NCBI GenBank assembly: GCA_051251915.1
Contig: JBPOGF010000006.1
Span: forward strand, 64,001-128,000
From: Akkermansiaceae bacterium
GTDB lineage: Bacteria > Verrucomicrobiota > Verrucomicrobiia > Verrucomicrobiales > Akkermansiaceae
Reading direction: 5' to 3'
Length of the DNA: 64,000 nt
In this document: one piece after another, positions 34,240 through 43,245 of the stretch
Position numbering within the stretch: the stretch's first letter is position 1
Layout: every line of letters begins with the position of its first letter
Made by a program: the position numbers and the translations under genes
Notes under the pieces: generated by a model
The model's input: the letters and a program-made list of their open reading frames with translations, nothing else
What the model was told of the DNA's origin: nothing
The model's database searches: none

Positions 34240-35181
34240 ATGTCAGGGCTCTTTCACTTATTATTTCTTCTGATCACGTTTTTGCCTTGTAGCCTGGTGG
34301 CTGAACCTGTGGAGGGGGAAAAGACTTGGGGGGTGTATCAGATTCATAGGGGGGTGGAGCGGTTTGAGGCGGGGTTGGTCTCACAGGTGAAGTTGCTGGG
34401 GGCGGTGCCAGATTATGTGTTGTTTTTCCGGGATATGAATCCTGGTCGTGGGTTTCCTGCTCAGACGGCAGAGGTGTGTAAGAAGTATGGGGCAACGGCG
34501 GTGATTAGCCAGGAGTTGTGGAGGTGGAGTGAGCGGTCGGAGATGAATAGGACGTGGTTGGCGCGGATTAATGCGGGGGAGACGGATGAGTTTTGGCGGG
34601 AGTGGGGAAGGGGGGCGAAGGCTTTTGATTCTGAGGTGGTGTTGCGTTTTGGGTTTGAGATGAATGGTGATTGGTTTGGTTGGGGGCAGCAGCCGGAGGC
34701 TTTTATTAAGGCTTGGAGGCGGGTGCATGGGATTATACGGGGTGAGGGGGCGACTAAGGTGCAGTTTATGTTTTCACCTAATGTAGAGTGGGATGAGAGT
34801 AAGGAGAAGGCGGCTATAGAGCTTTATTATCCGGGGGATGAGTTTGTGGATTTCCTGGGGCTGGATGGTTATAATTTTGGGGATGATCATTCTGAGTGGC
34901 ATAGTTGGCAGTCTTATGAGGCGGTTTTTGAGAAGAGTATTCGGAAGATGAGTCAGGCGGATAAGCCGTTGATTTTATCTGAGATTGGTTGTGCGGATGG
35001 ACCTCTTAAGGGGGAGTGGATGAAGGGGTTTCTTGATTCTGTGGAGAAGGATGGGCGGGTGAGTGGGTTTATTTATTATAATCATTTTGATCCACGTAAG
35101 AGGGAGCCTAATTGGTTGCTGAATAGTGATCCGGGTGCGCTTAAGATGTTTAGAGAATTTATTCAGAGGGTGGGGGAGTGA
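34240..35181 (+). CDS. Secreted GH26-family glycoside hydrolase
   Basis: LRFGFEMNGDW acid/base, YYPGDEFVD..GLDGYN, KPLILSEIG nucleophile. Confidence 0.88.
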   Translation: MSGLFHLLFLLITFLPCSLVAEPVEGEKTWGVYQIHRGVERFEAGLVSQVKLLGAVPDYVLFFRDMNPGRGFPAQTAEVCKKYGATAVISQELWRWSERSEMNRTWLARINAGETDEFWREWGRGAKAFDSEVVLRFGFEMNGDWFGWGQQPEAFIKAWRRVHGIIRGEGATKVQFMFSPNVEWDESKEKAAIELYYPGDEFVDFLGLDGYNFGDDHSEWHSWQSYEAVFEKSIRKMSQADKPLILSEIGCADGPLKGEWMKGFLDSVEKDGRVSGFIYYNHFDPRKREPNWLLNSDPGALKMFREFIQRVGE

Positions 35182-35229
35182 ACCGCAGAGTTGTGATGGG
35201 GTATGCTTATCTTGGTTGATGAAACTTAA

Positions 35230-35280
35230 CTTGGGTTGATGGATTTTTTTTGAACCGCGAAATACACTAAATACACGAAA
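35230..35280. repeat. Single module of the same repeat family
   Basis: CTTGGGTTGATGGA-T run-GAACCGCGAAATACACTAAATACACGAAA. Confidence 0.75.
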
Positions 35281-35391
35281 TTTTTCTTGGTGCTTCGAGT
35301 TTGGGGAGCTTTCGGTTTGAACTGACAAGGATGCCTTGACAGTTGCCTCTAGGCTGAGTTCTCTGTCTTTAATAAAACCCCATCCATATCT

Positions 35392-35868
35392 ATGAAGAAG
35401 CTGTATTTTCATCCTGTGAAAAATTCTCTTGTGAGGGGGGCTGGTCCTTATTTGGCTGAGATCCGTGATGAGGATGATAAGGTTTATTGGAGGCTTGAGG
35501 GGAGGATGAAGGGTGGGTTTGTGATGCGAGATTTTAATGGTCGGGATGAGGGGAGGATGGTTTGTTTTGAGGAGGTGAAGAAGACGTTCTTTTATGTGTC
35601 TTCAGCTAGGTTGCTGGGGATGACGCGGCGTGAGGTTCATCCGAATGCGGTGATTCATTTTGTGAGGAATCGGTGGGGGAATGATAAGGAGGTGATGGAG
35701 CTGTTTTTAGTGGATGGGCAACGCGAGTATAGTAATGAGCAGTTCACGCTGGTTCACCGTGATTTCTGGAGTAAATTTGAGATCCATACAGATGGGGGGA
35801 AGGAGAATATCTATTTAGCTGCTTGGTGGTGTTTTCATTATTGGTTTAGGAAGACTCGGCAGGGGTAG
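35392..35868 (+). CDS. Hypothetical protein
   Basis: 158-aa ORF with native + strand codon bias; no domain recognised. Confidence 0.55.
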   Translation: MKKLYFHPVKNSLVRGAGPYLAEIRDEDDKVYWRLEGRMKGGFVMRDFNGRDEGRMVCFEEVKKTFFYVSSARLLGMTRREVHPNAVIHFVRNRWGNDKEVMELFLVDGQREYSNEQFTLVHRDFWSKFEIHTDGGKENIYLAAWWCFHYWFRKTRQG

Positions 35869-35949
35869 ATTTTTTTGAACCAGGGAAGGCTTGGTCGCGT
35901 AAAACGGCTTTGGTGCACGTGATTATGTTTTTGGGCTTGGTGCTTTGAC

Positions 35950-36238
35950 CTGCGGTGCTGGACCACGAATAGCTCGAATTTTCACGAATGGTGGACGATG
36001 GAGCGATTGGGGTGTTGGATTTTTGAACCACGGAATGCACTGAAATCACGGAACTGGGTTGATGGAACGGGAGGCTTGGGCTGTTGGCTTGGTTTGACGC
36101 ATTTTTCACCACGAATAGCTCGAATTTTCACGAATGGTGGACGATGGAGCGCTTGGGTTGATGGATTTTTTGAACCACGGAAGGCACTGAAATCACGGAA
36201 CTGGGTTGATGGAGCGGAACTTGGCTTGATGGATTTTG
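35950..36238. repeat. Tandem ~146-bp duplication of the composite repeat
   Basis: ACCACGAATAGCTCGAATTTTCACGAATGGTGGACGATGGAGCG at 35962 and 36108; AACCACGGAAKGCACTGAAATCACGGAACTGGGTTGATGGA at 36026 and 36173. Confidence 0.92.
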
Positions 36239-36454
36239 ACTGTGATAAACCCGCAGGTGTGTTGCTCTGTTTTTATTGGGAGACTTAGGGTTGTGGGATT
36301 GTCGTTCTATTGTCTGACTAGTAAAAGCACACGCGATCCATGTGGCCTAGCAAACTAACTCCGTCGACTGTGGGAGTCTGTTCGATGAGCGATGTCATGG
36401 TTAGTTGCATGTGTTCATTGGATCACTTTTTCTCATTATGTCAATTTGATACAA

Positions 36455-38167
36455 TTATTTTCTACTCGCTCTTAAACTCTTATTCAATTTAGTTGTTAAT
36501 TTATAAAATTCAGCAAAGTCCTCATTTTCCACCTTTGCAACTTCATTATACTTAGCTAAAATATTACTTTTCAGGGAGTTCCTAGCACTATTTTTTTCTT
36601 TGTCCGCAGAAGTTGCGGCTGTAACTAACTCAGGGTTTTCTGCATACGCCAAAGCTTTGATCCTGTCAGGAACGAGGCCTTCTATATCTTTCTTTCCTGG
36701 AGCACTTAACCCAATAGGAAAATAATCCTTGTGTTTAATTAGTGATAATGAGTTTAGGGTTTTTTCAGCTTTGGATGCTGAGTCGAGATCATAAGTAACA
36801 ATCACTGTTTTAAAACGATTTATTATAAATTTCAATAATACTGGATTAGATAAAAATCCAGACCCTCCATAAGCGAAGAACTCTCCTTCAAATTCTAAAG
36901 CGTTAGAACCATGAACCTTACGATCTCTAAGGTTTTCAAGATATTTTATGTCGCTTTCTCCTTCCACTAGAATTAACTCCTCAGCTCCCTGAAACACAAC
37001 GTTTTTCCAGCTGTCAAATGCTGTATTACTGATTCCAAGTGCATTTGCAAATGGCTGCATCCAGTCTTCACCGTTAGTCTCGATTTGCTGCGCTCCAAAA
37101 TGTTTCTTACCTTTTATTTCTCGTTCTAATAAAATATTCGATTCTGGTTTCTCAACACTTAGCATATAAGGACTATGAGTAGTAGCTATTACTTGCACTT
37201 TAAATTCATTAGCTAGGTCTCTAATTACCCTTCCAAATTCTGCTTGAGCGGAAGGGTGAAGAAAACACTCGGGTTCTTCAACTAGTAATATAGGTGTTAT
37301 TTTATCTGACTCACTCGAATATTCTTTTACTTTTTGAGCACGTAGTAGAGCCAATAATATCATAGTTCTATTTTGTGTTCCGCTACCCCACTCCTCTAGA
37401 GGAACGTTTTCATCTTTTCCTCCTAAAGAAATACCAAAAGGAAAAGATTCAAAATCCAATGTAGGAAGTGAAATATTTACATCATATTTTTCATCTAATC
37501 TTCCTAAAAGCTGGTGTATTTCCGTTTTATGTCCAGAAGCAGCAGAGCGAATTTTATTATAAAGCGTAGTTTTCGCTTTCTTAATTTTTTCTTTATCCTC
37601 TTCACTAAATTCACCTAAATAGGATGATATACCGTGCCTCATTGCGTAAAATCCATTACGACTCTGTGTCGAGTTATGGAAGAAAAAGGATTTAGATGAC
37701 CTTAATTTTTTATGGATTTCTTCTATGACGTAATGGTCTGTGATCTCTTGGTCATGTAGCTTAAGGTCTAATTTAGCGCTCGAAGAGTTTTCAGAATATC
37801 TTCTGGAAAGTCTTGCACATATTGACTCAGCCTTATCAAAATCCAACTTTGCAAAAGTCTCCATAAACTTGAAAAGACCTTTGTCGGCTTCTCGACTGAT
37901 TCTTAAGGTTATTTCAATATGAATATCCTCTTTATTTTCGTCTTTTAGTTTCCAATGAGGGTAATCATTCTTAAATGAAACGCTGGGAGCATCTCCGACA
38001 AAAGGATCATATACGCTATCATCTGATAAAAACATTCTCATTATCTTCATTAAAGAAGTCTTCCCGGCGTTATTCTTGCCCGAGAGAGCTACATAAAAAT
38101 CAGGAAAATCTAATTCAAGGTTTTCTAATGTTCTATAGTTCTTAATTTTAAGTTTTTCGACTTTCAT
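36455..38167 (-). CDS. OLD-family ATP-dependent nuclease (ABC ATPase + TOPRIM)
   Basis: IKNYR, GKNNAGKT, GSG.Q, EEPE..LHP..Q, TTHSP, LVEGESD, YDLD, DIE; AT-rich. Confidence 0.88.
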   Translation of the reverse strand: MKVEKLKIKNYRTLENLELDFPDFYVALSGKNNAGKTSLMKIMRMFLSDDSVYDPFVGDAPSVSFKNDYPHWKLKDENKEDIHIEITLRISREADKGLFKFMETFAKLDFDKAESICARLSRRYSENSSSAKLDLKLHDQEITDHYVIEEIHKKLRSSKSFFFHNSTQSRNGFYAMRHGISSYLGEFSEEDKEKIKKAKTTLYNKIRSAASGHKTEIHQLLGRLDEKYDVNISLPTLDFESFPFGISLGGKDENVPLEEWGSGTQNRTMILLALLRAQKVKEYSSESDKITPILLVEEPECFLHPSAQAEFGRVIRDLANEFKVQVIATTHSPYMLSVEKPESNILLEREIKGKKHFGAQQIETNGEDWMQPFANALGISNTAFDSWKNVVFQGAEELILVEGESDIKYLENLRDRKVHGSNALEFEGEFFAYGGSGFLSNPVLLKFIINRFKTVIVTYDLDSASKAEKTLNSLSLIKHKDYFPIGLSAPGKKDIEGLVPDRIKALAYAENPELVTAATSADKEKNSARNSLKSNILAKYNEVAKVENEDFAEFYKLTTKLNKSLRASRK

Positions 38168-38200
38168 AAGTTGTATTTCTGAATTTTAGCTTGGAAGCTT

Positions 38201-38230
38201 AAAAGCTCACCTTGTTTTCAAGGTGAGCTT
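38201..38230 (-). terminator. Terminator after nrdA
   Basis: Perfect 12-bp stem AAGCTCACCTTG/CAAGGTGAGCTT. Confidence 0.8.
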
Positions 38231-38299
38231 CCTTAGTGATGTTTTATTAAAATGTTAACCGTGCGTTCAATTGTTGTTTATCAATTATTTACACCTGGG

Positions 38300-41200
38300 T
38301 TACTGGCAGGCTTCGCATTCTCCGCCGTTTAGCATGGCGTCTAGGGAGCAGGCTTGGGCTTGGGCGGGGGTGAAGGTTTTCTTTTCTGCTTGGGCGTTGG
38401 CTTGCTGGGCTAGGGCTGCTGTGGTGGTGGCGGCGCCGCGGTTTTCCTTTTTGTCTACGGTGGATTTCTCGATGCTGTTGGCACCCATGGATCTTAGGTA
38501 GTAGGTGGTTTTGAGGCCGGTGTGCCAGGCTCTGCGATACATGTGGGAGAGGATCTTGAGGTCTGGCTTGGCGATGAAGAGGTTGACGGATTGGGATTGG
38601 TCGATCCATTTTTGTCTTCTGGCGGCGGCGTCGATGACGTATTCGAAGGGGACTCCGAAGACGGTGCGGTGCTTTTCTTTGAGGTGATCTGGGATGTCTG
38701 CGATTTCGTCTAGTTCGCCGTCGAAGTATTTGAGGTTGTCTAGCATTTCTGCGTCCCAGAGGCCTTCTTTTTTGAGGTCTTTTACGAGCTCGCGGTTGAG
38801 GATGGTGAAGTTTCCTCCTAGGTTGGATTTGACGAAGAGGTTTTTGTAGTTTGGCTCGATGCATGGGGTGGTTCCCATGATGTTAGAGATGGTGGCTGTG
38901 GGTGCGATGGCGAGGACGTTTGAGTTTCTCATGCCGCTTTTGGCGATTTTTTCACGGACGAATGTCCAGTCCATTTTGGCTCCACGTGGGACGTCGATTT
39001 TGACTCCGCGCTCGTCTTCTAGGATGTCAACGGTGTCTTGTGGGAGGAGGCCGCGGTCCCACTTGGATCCTTTGTAGGATGAGTAGGTGCCGCGCTCTTC
39101 TGCGATGTCTGATGATGCGCTGTAGGCGTAGTAGGCGACGGCTTCCATGAACTCGTCATTGAACTCGACGGCGGCGTCTGAGGCGAATGCCATGTTCTTT
39201 TTGTAGAGGGCATTTTGGAGTCCCATGACTCCCATTCCGATGGGGCGGTGACGGCTGTTGGCGGTCTTGGCTGACGGGGTGGGGTAGAAGTTGATGTCGA
39301 TGACGTTGTCTAGTGCGCGGATGCCTACGGTGATGGTTTCCTTGAGCATGTCGTGGTCGATGGAGCCGTCTTCGCGGACGTGGTTATCGAGGACTACTGA
39401 GCCTAGGTTACAGACGGCAGTTTCTTCTTCTGAGGTGTTGAGTGTGATCTCTGTGCAGAGGTTAGATGAGTGGATGACTCCGGCGTGGTCTTGTGGTGAG
39501 CGGAGGTTACACGGGTCTTTGAATGTGATCCATGGGTGGCCTGTCTCGAAGATCATTTTGAGCATTTTCTTCCACATTTCGATGGCTGGGAGCTGCTTGG
39601 ACCAGATTTTGCCTTCTGCTGCCATTGCTTCGTATTCTTTGTAGCGCTGCTCGAAGGCGGCTCCGTAGAGGTCGTGGAGGTCTGGGGTTTCATTGGTGCG
39701 GAAGAGGGACCAGTTTTCACGGGTTTCCATGCGTTTCATGAAGAGGTCTGGGACCCAGTTGGCTGTGTTCATGTCGTGACAGCGGCGGCGCTCGTCTCCT
39801 GTGTTTTTGCGGAGTTCGAGGAAGTCTTCCATGTCGTTGTGCCATGTTTCTAGGTAGGCACAACCTGAGCCGCGGCGTTTTCCGCCTTGGTTTACGGCTA
39901 CGAGTTGGTCGTTATGGAGTTTGAGGAATGGGATGACTCCTTGGGATTCACCGTTGGTGCCCTGGATGTATCCACCGGTTCCTCGGACGGCTGTCCATGA
40001 TCCGCCTAGTCCGCCTGCCCATTTGGAGAGGTAGGCGTTGTCTGCGATACCGCGCTGCATGATGGACTCGATGGAGTCATCTACTTTGTAGAGGTAGCAG
40101 GATGAGAGCTGGGAGTGGAGGGTTCCTGAGTTGAAGAGGGTTGGTGTGGATGAGCAGAAGCGGCGGCCTTTGTAGAGGTTGTAGAGGCGTCCGCACCAGT
40201 CTTGCTTGTCTGTGCCGTCTTCTTTGAAGAGGCCCATGGAGACGCGCATCCAGAAGAACTGGGGGACTTCTAGGCGGCGCTGGGTGTCACCGGTTTTGTC
40301 GATGATGAGGTAGCGGTCGTAGAGGGTGGAGATGCCGAGGTAGTCGAAGTCTAGGTCTGCTGTTGGGTCTAGCTGCTGGGCGATCTTGTCTAGGTTGTAG
40401 CGGCCATCGACGAGGTCAGGTGAGAGGCGTTTGATTTTGACTCCGTGTCTGAGGTATTTTTTGAATGCTGTGACGTGGGCTTTTTTGAGGCCTTCGATTC
40501 CGTCGTTGAGGATGGACCAGTCTAGGACTTCTTCGTAGATGTATGAGAGGAGGATACGGCCTGCGAAGAGGGAGAAGTCTGCGTCACGTTCGATGAGTGA
40601 TTTGGCGTTGAGTGTGATGGTCTGGCGGAGGCCGTCTTTGGTGATTTCTGTGCCGATGGAGCGGCGGAGTTCAGATTCGATTTCTGCGTCTGAGAGGCAG
40701 AGGTCTAGGCCGATGGCTGCGAACTGGATGCGCTTTTTGAGTTCCATTCCGTCCCAGAAGTCTGAGCCACCGTCTGGTGTGGTGACGACGACCATGGAGT
40801 CTTGCTGCGGGTCCTCGATAGGAGCAGATTCCATGTGCTTACGGTTTTCTGATTGTTGGCGGCGGTAGAGGATGTAGTGCTCGGCGGTCTTGAAGTGGCC
40901 TGCGCGCATGAGTTCTTCTTGGACCATGTCCTGGACGTCTTCGATGTGGATGAAGGCTTTTTCTTCTTCACGGACGCGCTCGGTGACGGCTTTTGCGATT
41001 TTGCCAGCTGAGTCAGCGTCTCGCTTCATGGAGAGGAATGCGTGGCGGACTGCGTTTTCGATTTTGGTTTCTGACCAAGGGACGACGTTGCCGTTTCTGC
41101 GGATGAGGCGGACGGTGAATGGTTCGTGCGAGACTGTGGTCATTTCGATGGAGCCTTTGTCTTCGAGTGCGCGGTTGAAGACGAGTGATTTAGCTACGTC

Positions 41201-41596
41201 GTGGGCATCGTTTTCGATGAGGGCTTTTTCGATGAGGAGGTAGAGGTCTGTCTGGGTGAGCTTGAGCTTGCCGCTTTCGCCTACTTGTTCGATGAGAGAT
41301 TCTGCGACGTTGTGTGCGACGCCGGATACGAAGTGGCGGTTTTCGTCGTTGAAGATGGTGTCTTCTGTGGCTTGGCGTGCGAGGAGGAGGTCAGTGAGGG
41401 CTCCGCCGACGGTGTCTGCGATGTCTGCGAGGGAGAGCTCGGTTTCTTGTTGGCCGTTCTGGACGAGGATTTCTGGGACGCTGACTTTATTTCCGCCGAG
41501 TTGTTCACGCCAGGCGAAGTCTGGTTTTTCTGAGCGGGGACGTGTGACTACGTTTTTGAGGGCTTGGTCTTCTTCTAGTGACAAGTTTCGATACAT
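38300..41596 (-). CDS. nrdA: Class I ribonucleotide reductase alpha subunit with multiple ATP-cones
   Basis: STPTLFN, SSCY, SNLCTE, CNL, APTAT, KTTYY, C-terminal CEAC. Confidence 0.97.
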   Translation of the reverse strand: MYRNLSLEEDQALKNVVTRPRSEKPDFAWREQLGGNKVSVPEILVQNGQQETELSLADIADTVGGALTDLLLARQATEDTIFNDENRHFVSGVAHNVAESLIEQVGESGKLKLTQTDLYLLIEKALIENDAHDVAKSLVFNRALEDKGSIEMTTVSHEPFTVRLIRRNGNVVPWSETKIENAVRHAFLSMKRDADSAGKIAKAVTERVREEEKAFIHIEDVQDMVQEELMRAGHFKTAEHYILYRRQQSENRKHMESAPIEDPQQDSMVVVTTPDGGSDFWDGMELKKRIQFAAIGLDLCLSDAEIESELRRSIGTEITKDGLRQTITLNAKSLIERDADFSLFAGRILLSYIYEEVLDWSILNDGIEGLKKAHVTAFKKYLRHGVKIKRLSPDLVDGRYNLDKIAQQLDPTADLDFDYLGISTLYDRYLIIDKTGDTQRRLEVPQFFWMRVSMGLFKEDGTDKQDWCGRLYNLYKGRRFCSSTPTLFNSGTLHSQLSSCYLYKVDDSIESIMQRGIADNAYLSKWAGGLGGSWTAVRGTGGYIQGTNGESQGVIPFLKLHNDQLVAVNQGGKRRGSGCAYLETWHNDMEDFLELRKNTGDERRRCHDMNTANWVPDLFMKRMETRENWSLFRTNETPDLHDLYGAAFEQRYKEYEAMAAEGKIWSKQLPAIEMWKKMLKMIFETGHPWITFKDPCNLRSPQDHAGVIHSSNLCTEITLNTSEEETAVCNLGSVVLDNHVREDGSIDHDMLKETITVGIRALDNVIDINFYPTPSAKTANSRHRPIGMGVMGLQNALYKKNMAFASDAAVEFNDEFMEAVAYYAYSASSDIAEERGTYSSYKGSKWDRGLLPQDTVDILEDERGVKIDVPRGAKMDWTFVREKIAKSGMRNSNVLAIAPTATISNIMGTTPCIEPNYKNLFVKSNLGGNFTILNRELVKDLKKEGLWDAEMLDNLKYFDGELDEIADIPDHLKEKHRTVFGVPFEYVIDAAARRQKWIDQSQSVNLFIAKPDLKILSHMYRRAWHTGLKTTYYLRSMGANSIEKSTVDKKENRGAATTTAALAQQANAQAEKKTFTPAQAQACSLDAMLNGGECEACQ

Positions 41597-41651
41597 AATG
41601 TTTTAAGGGTGAGTTAGTTGTTGGGGTTCGGTGCTGGTGGTTGGGTTTATT

Positions 41652-41683
41652 AGATCCGTCAAATGGGTTGTGGTGACGGATCT
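41652..41683. other. Intergenic hairpin between nrdB and nrdA
   Basis: AGATCCGTCA/TGACGGATCT 10-bp perfect stem. Confidence 0.6.
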
Positions 41684-41693
41684 GGATGGTGGG

Positions 41694-42785
41694 TTATAGG
41701 TCGTCGTCGTCGACGTCGGCTAGGGATGAGGATTTTTGGTATTCTGTGACGGTGCCTTCGAAGAAGTTTTGTTCTTTCTTGATGTCCATCATTTCTGCGA
41801 GCCATGGGAATGGGTTTTTGATTTTTTCTGAGTTGAGTGGTGCTAGGCCGCAGGACTCTAGGCGGCGGTCTGCGATGTAGTCGATGTAGAGCTCGAATTC
41901 CTCTGCATTTAGGCCGACTGAGGCTACTGGGAGGCAGTCACGGATGAATTTCTTCTCTAGGCGGATGCCTTCTGCCATGGTGGCGCGGAGGTCCTCGCGG
42001 AACTCGTCTGTCCAGATGTCTGGGTTTTCTTCGATGAGGTCCATGAGGAGGGCGCGGAAGACTTCGATGTGGTTGGATTCGTCCCGGAGTGTGTAGGAGA
42101 ACATTTGGCCGATTCCTGGGAATTTGTTCTGGCGGTAGAGGGAGAGGATCATGCCGAATAGGCCGTAGAACTGGGTGCCTTCCATGACTTGGCCGAAGAG
42201 GAAGATGTTCTTGGCTAGGTCTTGCTTGGTGGATGTCTGGGTGAGGTCCATGTCACGGCGCATGGCGCGTGAGTTGTTGACGACGAATGCATTTTTCTCG
42301 GAAATGGTAGGGATGTCTTCGAACATGGCTTCACATTCGTGTGGGTTTAGGCCGAGTGAGGAGATCATGTAGACGAGTGAGTCTGCGTGGATGTTTTCTT
42401 CGTGTGCGTGGCGGCCGAGGACGAGCTTGAGTTCTGGTGCTGTGACGACTTCGCGGACTACGTGCTGGACGTTGTCTCCGACGATGCCTTCGGCTGCTGA
42501 GAAGTATCCGATGCCCATTTTGATAATCCAACGTTCTACATCTGAGATGGCGTCTGAGCGCCATTGTTGGACGTCGGTCTGCATTGGGATGTCTTCTGGT
42601 TCCCAATGGTTAGCCTTCATGGTCTTGTAGAGGTCGTATGCCCAGTTGTATTTGATGGGGAGGATGTTGAAGAACATGGTGTCTTTTCCATTGATTACTT
42701 TCTTGGAGGCGAATGCGGCTTCTGCTTTTGCGGCATCGAGTTCAAATGTGCGGTCTCCTAGCGTTACTGTAGTTGTTTTAGACAT
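41694..42785 (-). CDS. nrdB: Ribonucleotide reductase beta subunit, class Ic-like
   Basis: FSAAE, EENIHADSL, MEG..FY, RDESNH, NFFE..V.EY. Confidence 0.95.
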   Translation of the reverse strand: MSKTTTVTLGDRTFELDAAKAEAAFASKKVINGKDTMFFNILPIKYNWAYDLYKTMKANHWEPEDIPMQTDVQQWRSDAISDVERWIIKMGIGYFSAAEGIVGDNVQHVVREVVTAPELKLVLGRHAHEENIHADSLVYMISSLGLNPHECEAMFEDIPTISEKNAFVVNNSRAMRRDMDLTQTSTKQDLAKNIFLFGQVMEGTQFYGLFGMILSLYRQNKFPGIGQMFSYTLRDESNHIEVFRALLMDLIEENPDIWTDEFREDLRATMAEGIRLEKKFIRDCLPVASVGLNAEEFELYIDYIADRRLESCGLAPLNSEKIKNPFPWLAEMMDIKKEQNFFEGTVTEYQKSSSLADVDDDDL

Positions 42786-42926
42786 GATTGGGGTGAGATA
42801 TAGTGTTGCAGGTGGTTGAATATTAGTTGGGACGGAAGGGGGGTGGTGTTGTTTTTTGGTGGGGAGGTCTGGTCGTTATTCTGTTTTTAGCAGTATGCAT
42901 TTTTCTATGGTATGGTCAATGGCTTT

Positions 42927-42974
42927 TCAAGCTATGTGGTATGCACAAATTATTAACAATACAACATGTGGTAT
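42927..42974. promoter_or_regulatory. Tandem NrdR boxes
   Basis: TCAAGCTATGTGGTAT (42927-42942) and ATACAACATGTGGTAT (42959-42974), 32 bp apart, upstream of nrdB. Confidence 0.7.
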
Positions 42975-43245
42975 AGGTGGTGGGATGCAGAAAATGACAT
43001 TTTATACTTGTGAAATGGCTGATGCTTACAAAAAAGCTAAGTTGCGCTCATTTCCAACAGAAAATAACAGTTAGATTTTAGGGGTGGGTTGGGGTGCTCA
43101 TAAGGGATCTTTTTTTTGTGGGGAATGAGCCTGTATGAAATTTTAAAAATTTTCACTAAAAAGCTTAAAAATACGTCTGTTATTTACATAACTTATTCAT
43201 TAAGATGCTATATAACTTTTATTTTAGGAGCTGGTGGGGAAGTAG

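Noticed and set aside
35950..36238. Possible CRISPR array
   Set aside because: Two alternating module types, intervening sequences are themselves partly repeated, few units, no cas genes or leader
36353..36406. Integron attC site (AACTAAC...GTTAGTT)
   Set aside because: Ends fit RYYYAAC/GTTRRRY poorly, no convincing L boxes and no integrase in the window; kept only as a generic hairpin
36455..38300. Gabija or retron system around the OLD nuclease
   Set aside because: No UvrD helicase, reverse transcriptase or room for an msr-msd upstream
38300..41596. Intein or intron explaining the long NrdA
   Set aside because: Extra length is N-terminal ATP-cones; the catalytic core is uninterrupted and has no splicing motifs
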